Part shown: positions 11,821-23,791 of the stretch, piece after piece
Layout of the letters: every line of letters starts with the position of its first letter
Numbering within the stretch: the stretch's first letter is position 1
DNA from: Octopus vulgaris
Lineage: Eukaryota
Reading direction: 5' to 3'
Assembly: GCA_951406725.2 (NCBI GenBank)
Contig: OX597817.1
Location: forward strand, 558,001 to 622,000
Length of the DNA: 64,000 nucleotides
The notes under the pieces: generated by a model
The model's database searches: none
What the model was told of the DNA's origin: nothing
Seen by the model: the letters and a program-made list of their open reading frames with translations, nothing else
Program-made: the position numbers and the translations under genes

Positions 11821-12635
11821 CAGAAAGACTGAAGGATCTTGTTAAATTTCAACCACTTATTTTTTCACCTGAATATTTTCCAAAAATGTACATAACTTTA
11901 AATTCTAGTAACTTTTTTATTACTGATTTTTGGAAAAAAAAAAAAAAAAAAAGTTAATAGTATCAAGCCATCAAGACTACGTTAATGTAGAAAATTCGGA
12001 AACAATCAGATGAGAAATTGAAATTCTTCTAGTGGCTGGAAGAAATTTAATAAGATCCAGCCTGAAATTTTCTGGCAAGTGGTTAATCGATTACGACCCC
12101 CTTGCCCAACTGGTAGTTATTTTTATTGACCCTGAAAGGATGAAAGGCAAAGCTGACTTTGACTGAATTTGAACTCAACCTGGAAGATGTACCGCTAAGC
12201 ATTTTGTCCGCTGTACTAATTATTCAGCTAGCTCGCATCTTACTAGCCTTTATCATACCAATTCGAATTCAACTTCGGATGTTCCGTCTACTTAACCACT
12301 ACTGCTTTCTCCATACCCATCCCAAATACTAACCACGAAGGATTCGACCTTAATATATTACTGAGAATTAGTCTATCAATTTCCTTATATTAAAGGATAA
12401 CACTGACGACATCGGAACACGCACGCGCATGCGATGGGCTTCTTTCAATTTCCGCTAACCAAATCCACATTCAAGGCTTTGATGGCCCCGGCGCCACAGT
12501 GGATGACACTTGCTCAAGGTGCCGCGCGCAGTGGAACTGAATCTAAGCCACATGGTTGAGAAGCAAGCTTCTTACCACACAGCTACGCCTGTGCCTTATA
12601 GATGGTGTGTGTGTGTGTGTGTGTACAGACAGACT

Positions 12636-12680
<45 letters not shown>

Positions 12681-12779
12681 TTAGATAGGTAGGTAGGTAG
12701 GTAGGTAGGTAGGTAGGTAGGTAGGTATAGATATAGATTGATAGATAATCATCTGAGAATTCATATTGGTTAATATATA

Positions 12780-13687
12780 CGAGGGGGTACCCGAAAGTAA
12801 CTGGAAACGCTCAGTGTGGGACAAGCCCGTTGTAGTTCAGGCCTCCGTTGCTAGAAGCCACTTGAGGCGATCCTCAGGCATCAGTCTGCCGACCGGCGTT
12901 ATCCGGTGGAGTCACACTGCCACGTGGTGAGTCTTTGGTTTGCAGTGCTTCTCCCCTGTTCGTCAATGTTTGCGATGGCGGAAACGAAGGAATAGCGTGC
13001 TTCCGTGACATTGTTTCCTGAAGGGGAAAACGGCAGCCGAAACAATTGTCATGCTTCAAACAACTTACAGGACCGTTGCCATGAGCAAAAACAGAAGTCT
13101 ACAAGTGGTTTACATGCTTCAGAAATGAGCACTTCGCGCTTGAGGACCAACCTTGTTCAGGGCGACCGTCGACCTCTCAAACGAACGAAAACATCATGAA
13201 AGTTCATGAACTGATCATGGAGAACCGTCACCGAACAAGTGATGAACTTGTTTATATAACTAATGTATCTTGGAGCTCCTGCCAACGAATTTTCAGCGAG
13301 GAATTGCAAATGAAAAGAGCTGCAGCAAAATTTGTTCCTCGCTTGCTCACAGAAGATCAAAAGCAGTCACGACTGAATGTGTGTCGTGAACTGAAAGAAC
13401 AGTTGGAAGTTGATCCGGATCTCTTTTTGAAGGTCATTTCTGGTGGTGAAAGTTGGTGCTATGGAATCTGCAGATGTGGAAGAGGTGAAGAAAAAAAAAC
13501 GACGGAGGCGTTGAAAGGCATCATGTCTCAAGAGTTTCAGCTCTGCTTCCAACAGTGGTAAACACGTCTGGACCGATGCATTGCTTCAAATAGAGAATAC
13601 TTTGAAGGCGATAAAAGTATAAACATGTAAAACTAAATGAATAAAATAATATTACGAAATTCCGGTTTCTTTTAGATACCACCCTCA
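12780..13687 (+). mobile_element. Internally deleted mariner transposon
   Basis: TA TSD and imperfect TIRs CGAGGGGGTACCCGAAAGTAACTGGAA / TTCCGGTTTCTTTAGATACCACCCTCA. AAKFVPRLLTEDQK and VISGGESWCYG are fused to the C-terminal FQLCFQQW..RCIASNREYFEG. Confidence 0.88.
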
Positions 13688-13987
13688 TATATTCTTTTAT
13701 ACGTTTCAGCCCTAAGGCCGTGGCCATGCTGGGGCACCATCTATATTATAATAGAGAAAGCAACTATTAAAGGCTTGACCGTCTGGAAATATTTTTTTGT
13801 TAATTCATGTTCCAAGAAAGTTCCTGTAATTTCGATTTCATAAGGTTATTGAATAAATTGAACTAAATATTTTCACAAATTTAAATATTCATTGCATTCA
13901 CTGCAGAGTAGATTTAATAAACAATATTAATTCGTTGCAGGCGAAATTCTCCGTTTTCATTTGCAACAGTCCCTCGCGTGGGCCCAC

Positions 13988-14056
13988 GGGCATATGGCGT
14001 AGTGGTTAAGAGCGCGGCTACTAACCCTAAAATTCCAGTTCGATTCCAAGCAGTAA

Positions 14057-14124
<68 letters not shown>

Positions 14125-14320
14125 TTAATAATAATGATAATAATAATAATAATAATGATAATAATAACAACAACAACAACATCGAAAAATACCTTAGGAA
14201 TGAGAACCAAGGTTCGAAATTTCCCCAAGACACCTGATGAAGACTGGAAGGTATATCAGCCGAAACGTTGTGTTAAGAACAAAGATGAGGACAAATATCC
14301 GTAAAATGTAAATAATTTAA
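13988..14320 (+). mobile_element. SINE-like unit: tRNA-like head + (AAT)n + hammerhead-bearing tail, interrupted by LINE
   Basis: A box TGGCGTAGTGG 13995-14005, B box GTTCGATTCC 14038-14047, hammerhead motif 14229-14274. Confidence 0.6.
14229..14274 (+). ncRNA. Minimal type-I hammerhead ribozyme motif
   Basis: GACAC-CUGAUGA-A-GACUGG(loop)UCAGCC-GAA-ACGU-U-GUGUU: intact core, stem I GACAC/GUGUU, palindromic ACGU stem III, one mismatch in stem II. Confidence 0.7.
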
Positions 14321-14329
14321 TAAAATAAT

Positions 14330-16762
14330 AATAATAATTGTGTACAGTGCTCAGGTGCACTACAACTCATCTAAAGTGTATATATAATCAGGTGTAGTTT
14401 CGACGGATTTCGGAAAGCATGAGGGCCTTAAAGGATGCAGTGTCATGGCAGTCAACAACTGATGCAGGCAGTTTATTCCACGCTTCAGCAACCCTGAGCG
14501 TGAAAAAATGTTTCCGAAAGTCATGGGAGCTGTGTTGTTTTCTGACTTTGTAGGCATGTCCACGTGTGTTAGACACATGGAGATCAAAAAGGTGTTCAGT
14601 GTTGTTGTTGGTGAGGTGGTTGATAACTTTGTGGGTGTTTACCAAGTCCGTCGCCAGACGCCGGAGCTTCAGTGAATCCATGCCCAGAGAAACAAGGCAC
14701 TCAGAATATGGTAGGTGTCTGATGGAGGGTATGCGTTTGGTTGCACGTCTCTGGACAGATTCCAGGAGGTCAATGTTCTGAGCAAGATAGGGGTTCCAAA
14801 CTGATGATGCGAATTCCAAGTGTGGTCGTACCATAGCTGTATACAGTTTTAAATAGATGGCTGGAGAGCGGCTAACAAAAGTCTTGCTGAGTGATGCCAA
14901 GACACCCTCGGCCTTCTTGACAATTTTAGAGATATGCTTTGTCCAACGCAAATCACTGCTGACAGTGATGCCTAGGTCACGCTCGCAAGAGGATTTCTTG
15001 ATATCAGTGTTGTGGAGGGAGTATGTGGACGCAGGGTTTTTTCTCCCAAAATGCATGGTGGTACACTTGTCCACAGCCAGTTTCAGTTGCCAGTCTGTGA
15101 TCCATTGCTGCATTGTGTCTAGGTCTGATTGCAGGAAAGAGTTGTAGACATCAGGATCTGTCCTCTTGATTTCAAGGTACAGCTTGATGTCGTCTGCATA
15201 TTTCAATACTGTGGCATTCTTTAAATTGGCATCTATGTCATTAATGTATGCCACAAACAAGAGGGGACCAAGGACAGATCCCTGTGGTACACCCGATGAC
15301 ATCTCATATGGTGTAGAATGCTGTCCTAGAACTGTGACTACCTCCTTTCGGCTGAGAATGAAGGATTTCAACCAGTTAAAAAGGTCATCCCTCACACCCA
15401 TTGCAGAGAGTTTCACCATAAGCCTTTTGTGTGGCACAGAGTTGAAAGCCTTAGCAAAGTCAAGGTAGACAACATCCAACCATGAGCCACTGTCAGTGAT
15501 CTGAGTAATGTCCTCAAGGAACTCGACAAGCTGATCACTGCAGCTGGAGTTAGGGACAAATCCATATTGTGAGGGTCGGATGAGACTGTGAGAGCTCCAG
15601 AAGTTCCAGAGTGTTTCTCTGACACACGATTCCATCAGTTTTGCAATACAGCTAGTGAGACTGACTGGGCGATAGTTGACAGGTGATGTGCGGTCGCCCT
15701 TTTTGAACAGAGGAATGACACTGGCAGTTTTCCACTGTTCCGGAGTAGCACCATTGTTGAGACAGTACTGGAAGAAAATAGAAAGCTGGTGTAAAAGGAA
15801 GTACCTGGCACGTTTGAGAAGCAGGTATGTAACTCCATCGAGACCAGGGGAGGCATAGTTGCGCTTATTTTGAAGGTGACGTCGCAGCATTGCAGGTGTA
15901 AATTCCATAGTTGTTATGGAATTTGATGTTAGTGATGGTGAAGATGGTACATTTTGATTTTCAACAGTGAATATGTTTGCATAGCACTCGGCAATGAGTT
16001 CTGCGCATTCCTTGGGGTCGTCAGTGATCTGGTTTGTGTGAGGGTTGCGAAGAGGGCCCACTGGAGAGTGAGGTCTCTGCTTTGAATGCACATATTTCCA
16101 GAAAACCTTGCTGTCAGGATTGGCTGCTATGCACTGTTCAAATTCAAGCACTGCTTTTTTTGTCACTTGCTTGAGATGGTTGGAAGATTTATTCCGCTTC
16201 TTTCTGTTGGTGTCTGATTTATGCAACTTGTATTCCCGTTCAGCAGTCCGACGTTCCTTCCTGGCAAGTCGGACCGCTGAAGTTTCCCAAATTGCCCTTT
16301 TGGGGCGGTTCTTCTTTTTCTGTTTACGTGGCACTGATGATGCACATGCTGCCCATATTGAGTCCAGGATACTCTGGAGTATAGTATTCACATCTCCAGA
16401 GTTGTAGAATTCACGCCAGTTTGGGTGCTGTAGTTCAGTGTGGTACAGGTTCCAATCTGCTCTCTTCCAATCGAAGGAAGCAGATGGGAGATGGTTCAGG
16501 TTTTTGTTGCCCGCAAGAGCCAGATTGGCGATGATCATAGCATGATCAGAGTCACCTAGAGGTTCCTCCGTAGTGCAAGTGATAACCGCTTCAGGAGTTG
16601 TAGTGAAGAGCAGGTCCAAGGTGTTGTCGCCTCTTGTTGGAGAGTTGACTACTTGTGACGAGTTTGAGTCCAGCACAAGCTCAACAAAATCGTTTGCACT
16701 CTGTGGCCAATGGAAGGTTTCCCAATTGATCTCAGGATGATTGAAATCGCCTGCAATAAAAA
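14330..16762 (-). mobile_element. 5'-truncated CR1/Jockey-group LINE
   Basis: APE endonuclease end (IAGDFN, PTRGDNTLDL, SDH), RT, short 3' UTR and (ATT)n tail. Confidence 0.95.
14388..16676 (-). CDS. LINE ORF2 (partial endonuclease + reverse transcriptase), uninterrupted 762 aa
   Basis: [34 protein letters not shown]. The frame stays open to about 16765. Confidence 0.95.
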   Translation of the reverse strand: MLDSNSSQVVNSPTRGDNTLDLLFTTTPEAVITCTTEEPLGDSDHAMIIANLALAGNKNLNHLPSASFDWKRADWNLYHTELQHPNWREFYNSGDVNTILQSILDSIWAACASSVPRKQKKKNRPKRAIWETSAVRLARKERRTAEREYKLHKSDTNRKKRNKSSNHLKQVTKKAVLEFEQCIAANPDSKVFWKYVHSKQRPHSPVGPLRNPHTNQITDDPKECAELIAECYANIFTVENQNVPSSPSLTSNSITTMEFTPAMLRRHLQNKRNYASPGLDGVTYLLLKRARYFLLHQLSIFFQYCLNNGATPEQWKTASVIPLFKKGDRTSPVNYRPVSLTSCIAKLMESCVRETLWNFWSSHSLIRPSQYGFVPNSSCSDQLVEFLEDITQITDSGSWLDVVYLDFAKAFNSVPHKRLMVKLSAMGVRDDLFNWLKSFILSRKEVVTVLGQHSTPYEMSSGVPQGSVLGPLLFVAYINDIDANLKNATVLKYADDIKLYLEIKRTDPDVYNSFLQSDLDTMQQWITDWQLKLAVDKCTTMHFGRKNPASTYSLHNTDIKKSSCERDLGITVSSDLRWTKHISKIVKKAEGVLASLSKTFVSRSPAIYLKLYTAMVRPHLEFASSVWNPYLAQNIDLLESVQRRATKRIPSIRHLPYSECLVSLGMDSLKLRRLATDLVNTHKVINHLTNNNTEHLFDLHVSNTRGHAYKVRKQHSSHDFRKHFFTLRVAEAWNKLPASVVDCHDTASFKALMLSEIRRNYT

Positions 16763-17114
16763 CATAATGTATCTAGTTCCTCATCACTTAAATATAGAAC
16801 TGTAAGATATATATATAGACGGGTAAAAGTCGACTATATCAAATTGTATATATATATATATATAATATTTTATATAAAATTAATTAAGGGTAGAAATTGA
16901 TATTAGTCAATTAAAACCAGTGGTCTAGCATATTAAAAAGAATCCGAAGATTAAAATATTTATACATACCAATTGAGGACTGAACACGAAAAGTGGACAG
17001 TCAACATGCTAAATATAGACGTCAAATCGCCATTCTCCACAAAGAGTGTGTTCTCACATAAAACTCAGCACAAAACTGAGTTTTATGTGAGAACACACTC
17101 TTTGGCCATGCACT

Positions 17115-17199
<85 letters not shown>

Positions 17200-17202
<3 letters not shown>

Positions 17203-17490
17203 AGTGCATGGCCAAGTGTTTGAGTTGTTGCGCTCATGATTGCGAGATCGTGGTTTGAATTCGTAGATCGGGTGGTGCGTTGTGTTCTTTGTGCAAAACA
17301 CTTCATATCAAGTTACTCTTCGATCACTTCGACATTTCTACGCGTGCTGCACCATGAACCTGTTCAGACAACGTCGATTTGATGGAGGGAGGGAGCTATT
17401 GTGCGGCACGAACATTTGATCACTATTAACGAATCATTTGTGAAGGTCGTTCGGCAAAAGCTGAACACTCGTACGTTGTCTTCGACGGGA
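17200..17490 (+). mobile_element. tRNA-derived SINE (family also at 51113-51390)
   Basis: Shared GCAAAACACTTCAT...GATGGAGGGA...ACATTTGATCACTAT body. Confidence 0.65.
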
Positions 17491-17800
17491 TGAATTGGAA
17501 GAATCTTTATGAAATCCATTTTTAAAAGATTTCAATTAAGGATGGAACATATTTTAAAAAGATCTCCCGTGTATTATAACAAGTATCTACAAAGGTGAAT
17601 ATACAAACGTTAACAAAAAAGTAGTTGAAACTTCAAACTTTTCTGTTCAAGGGGAGACCACTGGCAAACACGTTCGAAGGGAAATAACCCAATAATTTCC
17701 GTTTTCAGAATTCTATTTGTCGGTTGCCTTTTCAAGTGTTAGAACAATTGAATAATTGTTATTTCACTTAAATCTATGTTAGAACTAAAGAGCTATTTCA

Positions 17801-17877
<77 letters not shown>

Positions 17878-17929
17878 TCAACACCTATGTATCAATGGTT
17901 TGATTACCTCTCCTGTCCCACACAATGAA

Positions 17930-19170
17930 TGCTACAAATACCTGGGCATAGATGAAAACCTATCAGACGAAGGTAGTGCAAATAAAAATAGAGTGATCCG
18001 AAAACATTATGCCAAACTTAGTAACATATAGAAGTCGGAACTCTCCTCTGCAATAAAACAATATCCCAACATGTCTTTGCAGTGTCAGTGTTGATTCCAG
18101 AATTTGGGATACTTGACTGGTCTGTAGAGGAAATCCACCCCATTTATGTTAAACCCCGCAAAACACTGACATCAACTTGAAATCTCCATAGGGATGGTGA
18201 TATCGACAGGCTCCATCTAAGAAGACTTAAAAGAGGTAGAGCCTTGAGATCAGTGCTGACAGCACTTCCAAAGCAACAGCAGCAATAATATATACATTAA
18301 CTTAGTGCTGAAAAGTGAAGAAAACAACATCTTATGTGTCGGCAGCGAGCTCCTCGGGAAGCACTCTCGTCCCGATGACCTCCAATATAACCTCAGAACA
18401 GCCGAACTACTATACCTCAAAGAAGACCTACACGTGAAACGCTTAGCCTGCAGAAAAAAAAAAGAAACTATCAAAAAACTATGCTAGGTTATGTTTCCTG
18501 AAGACTTGAAGATAGTAATATCTTTTCTAGTATAGGCACAAGGCCTGAAATTTGGGGGTAGGGGACTAGTCGATTACATCGAACCCAGTGTTTCACTAGT
18601 ATTTAATATATCGATCCCGAAAGGATGAAAGGCAAAGTCGACTCCGGCGGAATTTGAACTCAGAGCGTAGCGACGGGCAAAATACGCTAAGCATTTCGTC
18701 CAGAGTGCTAACGATTTTGCCAGCTCGCCGCCTTTGGAGAAGTTGGTAATATCGACATGATACGAAGTCTTTCTTAGACCGGTACATCGCGCTTCGAAGG
18801 CTATGCATTTGGAATCCAAGAACAGGAGATTGCAACTAAATTCCTCATAAACAAAAGATACAGTGAAGCACTTTGTGGTCGAAGGAGGAATCACAAATTT
18901 TGATTGTCATATTTCTGCGAAAGACTTGGTTTTGTGAGGTTTTGTGCCTAACTGGCAGTATAGATAAGCTTGGATTTTCAGAAAAAGATATCGACCAATT
19001 AACTCACTCAGTAGTCTGTAAGTGGAACAATAAAAATATGCAAGACTTTTCTCAAGTTTAAGATGTGACATTGTTTTTGTTATTTACATTCCAACAACGG
19101 AGCTTTGTATCTTTGTTAGAAACCGGCTCCTTCTTTAAAGTAAGAATTTAAATAATTAAAGTATAAGAGC
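17930..19170 (+). mobile_element. R4/Dong-like non-LTR relic, copy 1 (SINE nested at about 18520-18733)
   Basis: YKYLGIDE, FGILDWS, IDRLHL.R..RGR.L and FEGYAFGIQEQEIATK. Ends at (CATA)n. Confidence 0.6.
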
Positions 19171-19416
19171 ATGCATGTATGCATGCACGCATACATACAT
19201 ACATACATACATACATACATACATACATACATACATACATACATACATACATACATACATACATACATACATACATACATACATACATACATACATACAT
19301 ACATACATACATAATACTTACATACATACGTGCATGCATGCATACATACATACATACATACATACATACATACATACATACATGCATACATACATACATA
19401 CATACATACATAATAC

Positions 19417-19447
<31 letters not shown>

Positions 19448-19509
19448 CATGCATGCATACATACATGCATACATACATACATACATATATACATACATTC
19501 ATACATGCA

Positions 19510-19543
<34 letters not shown>

Positions 19544-19660
19544 CATACATACGTACGTACGTACGTACATACACACATACATACATACATACATACATAC
19601 ATACATACATACATACATACATACATACATACATACATACATACATACATACGTACGTAC
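19170..19660. repeat. (TACA)n microsatellite, about 490 bp
   Basis: Direct inspection. Confidence 0.97.
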
Positions 19661-19882
19661 AAGTTTGCATACATTAGGCTGATAACATCATAAGACTTGG
19701 AAAGCAGCTCCCTGAGCAGTATTCGTTGTCTGATGAACTTAAATACATGCACAAAGAAGTCACACGACTCTACCGCAATGTATCATCAAATGAAAGGAAG
19801 GAACGTATATCAGCAGAAGACCATGTATGGATATATAACTAAGATAAGTAATAAGGGAAATGTTATACGACTTGAGATGATA

Positions 19883-20460
19883 TGAACTGGTTAGCGACGG
19901 TTTATTCTCCGTTATAAAATACAATGATTGCCATGCATGAAATAAAATAACATAACAGGTTACAACAAAGATGTGTGAGAGACTTCTTGGTTAGGCTGGA
20001 CTGTTGATCTGGTAGACATAACTGACCTACTATTCGGTGGTGTGTAGAGGCAGCTGTTGGTAGTGTGATGTCCATACAGCAATGATGTAGGCAGGCGTCA
20101 CGTAGAGGTGAAAGCGTAGACTGGCTGGTATCAGGTACATCGTTGCCAAAAACGAGTTGCGTGTGGTCGGTGGCGTGTGCCAAAGACTTAGAGCAGTTGA
20201 CAACTGTCGTTATTATAGAGATCAGTAGGCTCCCAAGAGCTGGTGATTAATTTCCCGCGTAAGAAAAAACGAACTGTTGCACCAACACGATTGGACGGCT
20301 GGAAACCGACCAATACAGGCAACAATTTCAGCTAATCACAAGGTCGTGTGACCTGCTGGAACGAAAAGGCTTGTGGAGCCGATATCCAGGTATTTAATCC
20401 AAGACAACCCATAACGAAAACATCTCACACATAATGACGGTGTAAATCACCTCTGCTACA
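19883..20460 (-). mobile_element. Probable solo LTR
   Basis: TG...CA ends, GATA 4-bp direct repeat on both sides, AATAAA near the minus-strand 3' end. Confidence 0.55.
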
Positions 20461-20591
20461 GATATGTTTGTAGAAAGCTCCGAGATGATAGTAACATTGA
20501 TCATCAAAGCAGTCTATCATGGACCAACAACCGGATTAAGAACACCCACTTTGAAGAATATGTGTTTGCAATCCAGGAACAGGAAATATCA

Positions 20592-20955
20592 CGGATTCAC
20601 TGAAGCTCCGGCGTCTGGCGATGGACTTGGTAAACACCCACATAGTTATCAACCACCTCACCAACAACAACACTGAACACCTTTTTGATCTTCATGTGTC
20701 TAACACACGTGGACATGCCTACAAAGTCAGAAAACAACACAGCTCCCATGACTTTCGGAAACATTTTTTCACGCTCAGGGTTGCTGAAGCATGGAACAAA
20801 CTGCCTGCGTCAGTTGTTGACTGCCATGACACTGCATCCTTTAAGGCCCTCATGCTTTCCGAAATCCGCCGAAACTACACCTGATTATATATACACTTTA
20901 GATGAGTTGTAGTGCACCTGAGCACTGTACACAATGTTTTTATTATTATTATTAT
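20592..20955 (+). mobile_element. Short 3' copy of the CR1-like LINE
   Basis: Nearly identical to the 3' end of 14330-16762. (ATT)n tail. It splits the R4-like EI-STK codons. Confidence 0.93.
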
Positions 20956-21853
20956 CAACCAAATATTTACTGCACAAAAGAGTGAAAGATGCAGGTAAAT
21001 CAGCAAAATGTGACAACCGATGCAGACTTTGTGAAGTTAACACCGAAGATATCCACATCATAAGCAGGTGTCCGAAATGTCATCACGATATTATCTACCG
21101 ATGAAACATGATGTTGTCGCTAGGACACTCTGTAATGAAATCCGTCGGAAGAATAACTCCGAGGAAAAAGAAATAAGATTCCACAGTATGGCGGAAATCA
21201 TAGCCACTAATAAAGGAACAGAGTACTGATGAAATGTCCCAGTGAAAACCTCAATAAAATGTAAACACAATAGACCTGACATAAGGATTTGGGAGAGAAA
21301 GAGAAACTCAGCTGCCCATCGGATGTTAACATAAAGCTAAAGATCAGCGAAAAAGAAAATACCGACGCTGAACTATTGAGAAATTTGCAGTTACTCTATC
21401 CAGGTTACAAGTTCAAGTTTATATCTGTAATTATTGGGTCCCTGATATATGTAACACACTTCCTAGATACCAATCTTGAGAAATTAAGGTTCTCAAAACC
21501 AGAAAGGAGAAACTGATTCGAAGACTAGAGATCCACTGGAACTGTAAAAATCTGTAAAACTTTCCAGAAGTTTATTATTAAAGTATATATGAGTATGAGC
21601 ATGTCTCGTCATGCAATTATATGCATGAGAATACATACATAAAACAAAACATACAAATATGCACATACATACATACATACCCAGTTATGTTGAAATTCCA
21701 ATGAAGGAGCCTTGTTAAATTCGCTTTTTAGTTTATTCCTCGTGTCATTGACGAGATTACAGTTGCGTGACAAAAATGTTGACACTCAAAGAAGTCAATC
21801 AAAATGGTTAAAATAGTATAGATAGATCGTAGACAGAAGAGAGAGATTTTGTG

Positions 21854-21953
<100 letters not shown>

Positions 21954-23298
21954 ACAGGTAAAATATTGTATTATTTTACGGTATTACTCACAAATTTATT
22001 ATTTCGTCTGCCGTTACGTTCTGAGTTCAAATTCCGTCGAGGTCGGCTTTATCTTTCATCCTTTCGGGGTCGATATATCAAGTACCAGTTGAGTACTGGG
22101 GTCAATATAATCGACTTGCCCCTTCCCCCAAAATTTCAGGCTTTGTGTCTATAATAGAAAGGACTATTTACCAATTTATTTTTTCCAATGCAATTACTCT
22201 GAAAAAAATATTTTCCGTTGTTTTTCACTTATTTTGCATATCTCACCAATTCGATTTGTCATCAAAGCAATGCTGGACTAATCGAAGTTAATCTCTTTGG
22301 TGAGGCGTTTGGGAAACGCTATTTTAATGCATCCTAAGTTAGAATGTTTTTTAATAGAAAATTTCTAACAAATTATTGGTTTCCAAAATAGGAACAAGTC
22401 CACAAATTTTGGTGAGAGGTATAGTCCATAAAATCATGTCACTTTATTTTATCGAGTACGGTGTAACGGTAAAAGATATTTGTAGGTCGGGATTACCAGA
22501 TGTGGCGGTAAGATGTAGCCGTCTACCAAATGTAGCGTGTAGATGTAATGCTTGCATGTAACGCTTGTTGATGTGAGGTTCTCACGACGAAGGCACCAGT
22601 GAAGAACAGCGAAAAGGAAAGAATATTATTAACATGTTAGCGGCAAGTGGTTAGCGTTTCTCAACCGGGGTTCCGCAAAAGGTTCCTAGGGATTTCGCGA
22701 GAAAGAGTGAGTTAAGCTGATGTGTCGAAGGGAGCAAAGAAACAAGATTCTCCATTATATAGCGAACATCCAGGAAGTAGGTCGCATCTGAAACAAAAAA
22801 CTGACCGCTCGGTGACAGGGAAAAAATCGTAGGTCAAGTGTTTGCAAAACATCATCCAGCGTGGAGATGCAAAAACAAAGGAATTTGAGAAATGCTTCAC
22901 AAGCAACAAGCGAGTGGATTCAGTTTCGAATCACAGGCAGTGCCAAGCGAGGTCCTTACACTACTCCCCTAGCTTACATAAGCTATAATGGCATGATGAA
23001 ATGAAAACTAAACGGTGGCAAGATTTGAACCAAGTCGTTGCTGAATACAGCCAGGTTTGTGACCGGCCCAGTAATGGTTCTGCTAATCCGTCAAAAGTTT
23101 CTGAAAATCACGCAAAATTGCTCTCTAATTGTTCATTATTATTTCAGCCTGTGCTTATTATTTCATTTTGGAGCTTCCGTTTACTTTGGCATAGTCAAGA
23201 TAAAGCTGAAGGGGGGGAAAATCAATCAAATACATTTACAAGAGAAACATATAAACATAGACAAGCAACAATGAAACTTATAAAAACAGATACAGAAG

Positions 23299-23791
23299 GG
23301 TATTACTTTGGCGTGTGACCTACAACTTAAAGGGCGATTACTCTAGGTTACTTTTTAGTTCACTTTTCAATTTCTAAAGGAAAAACGGTGAAATGTTGAT
23401 TCTGTATCTCTACAGGTTAACTGATGCACCTTATCATAAGAGAAAGATTGAAAATGATTTTGTTATTTAAACCAGTACAACAGAAAAAAAAAAGAATATT
23501 TCTGGTGCGGATAGACCGATAAATTTGGCAACCGCCAGTTTGGCGAAATTCCTCCGTTTTTCCGTTTCTTCGAGCTTCTTTTATTTCTTCACCACAATGA
23601 TGACATGGTGAAACATTTTCTTTATTATCTAACAGACCATTTCTTCGTAGAAATGCAACTGTCTTCGTCTCCTCGCTGATCATATTATAAAAACCTTTAG
23701 CCAACATCTTAAGGATTTTTAGAAAAGTGAACTAAAAAGTCACCTAGAGTAATCTCCCTTTAAGTTGTAGATCACACGACAAAGTAGCACC
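23299..23791 (-). mobile_element. Merlin/IS1016-superfamily deletion derivative
   Basis: 8-bp TSD TACAGAAG and about 70-bp TIRs starting GG. ORF 23417-23707 (FLRRNGLL..CHHCG...CQIYRSIR) is an ISXO2-like zinc-ribbon N-terminus. Confidence 0.8.

Larger units (their letters stand above)
19670..21715 (+). mobile_element. R4/Dong-like non-LTR relic, copy 2, with CCHC knuckle and RLE domain and two nested insertions
   Basis: FEEYVFAIQEQEI|STKYL..CRLC..HIISRCP, HDVVA, RPDI and LSCPSD..EK..L..LYPGYKFKFISVIIGSL. Confidence 0.75.

Noticed and set aside
13988-14060. tRNA gene
   Set aside because: A and B boxes are present but there is no proper acceptor stem or cloverleaf. Treated as a SINE head.
14566-16407. 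+ strand ORFs over the LINE
   Set aside because: Antisense shadows of ORF2.
19116-19752. Long ORFs of YVCM/HTYI repeats
   Set aside because: They are translations of the (TACA)n microsatellite. The same applies to the poly-I, poly-L, YI and CV ORFs elsewhere.
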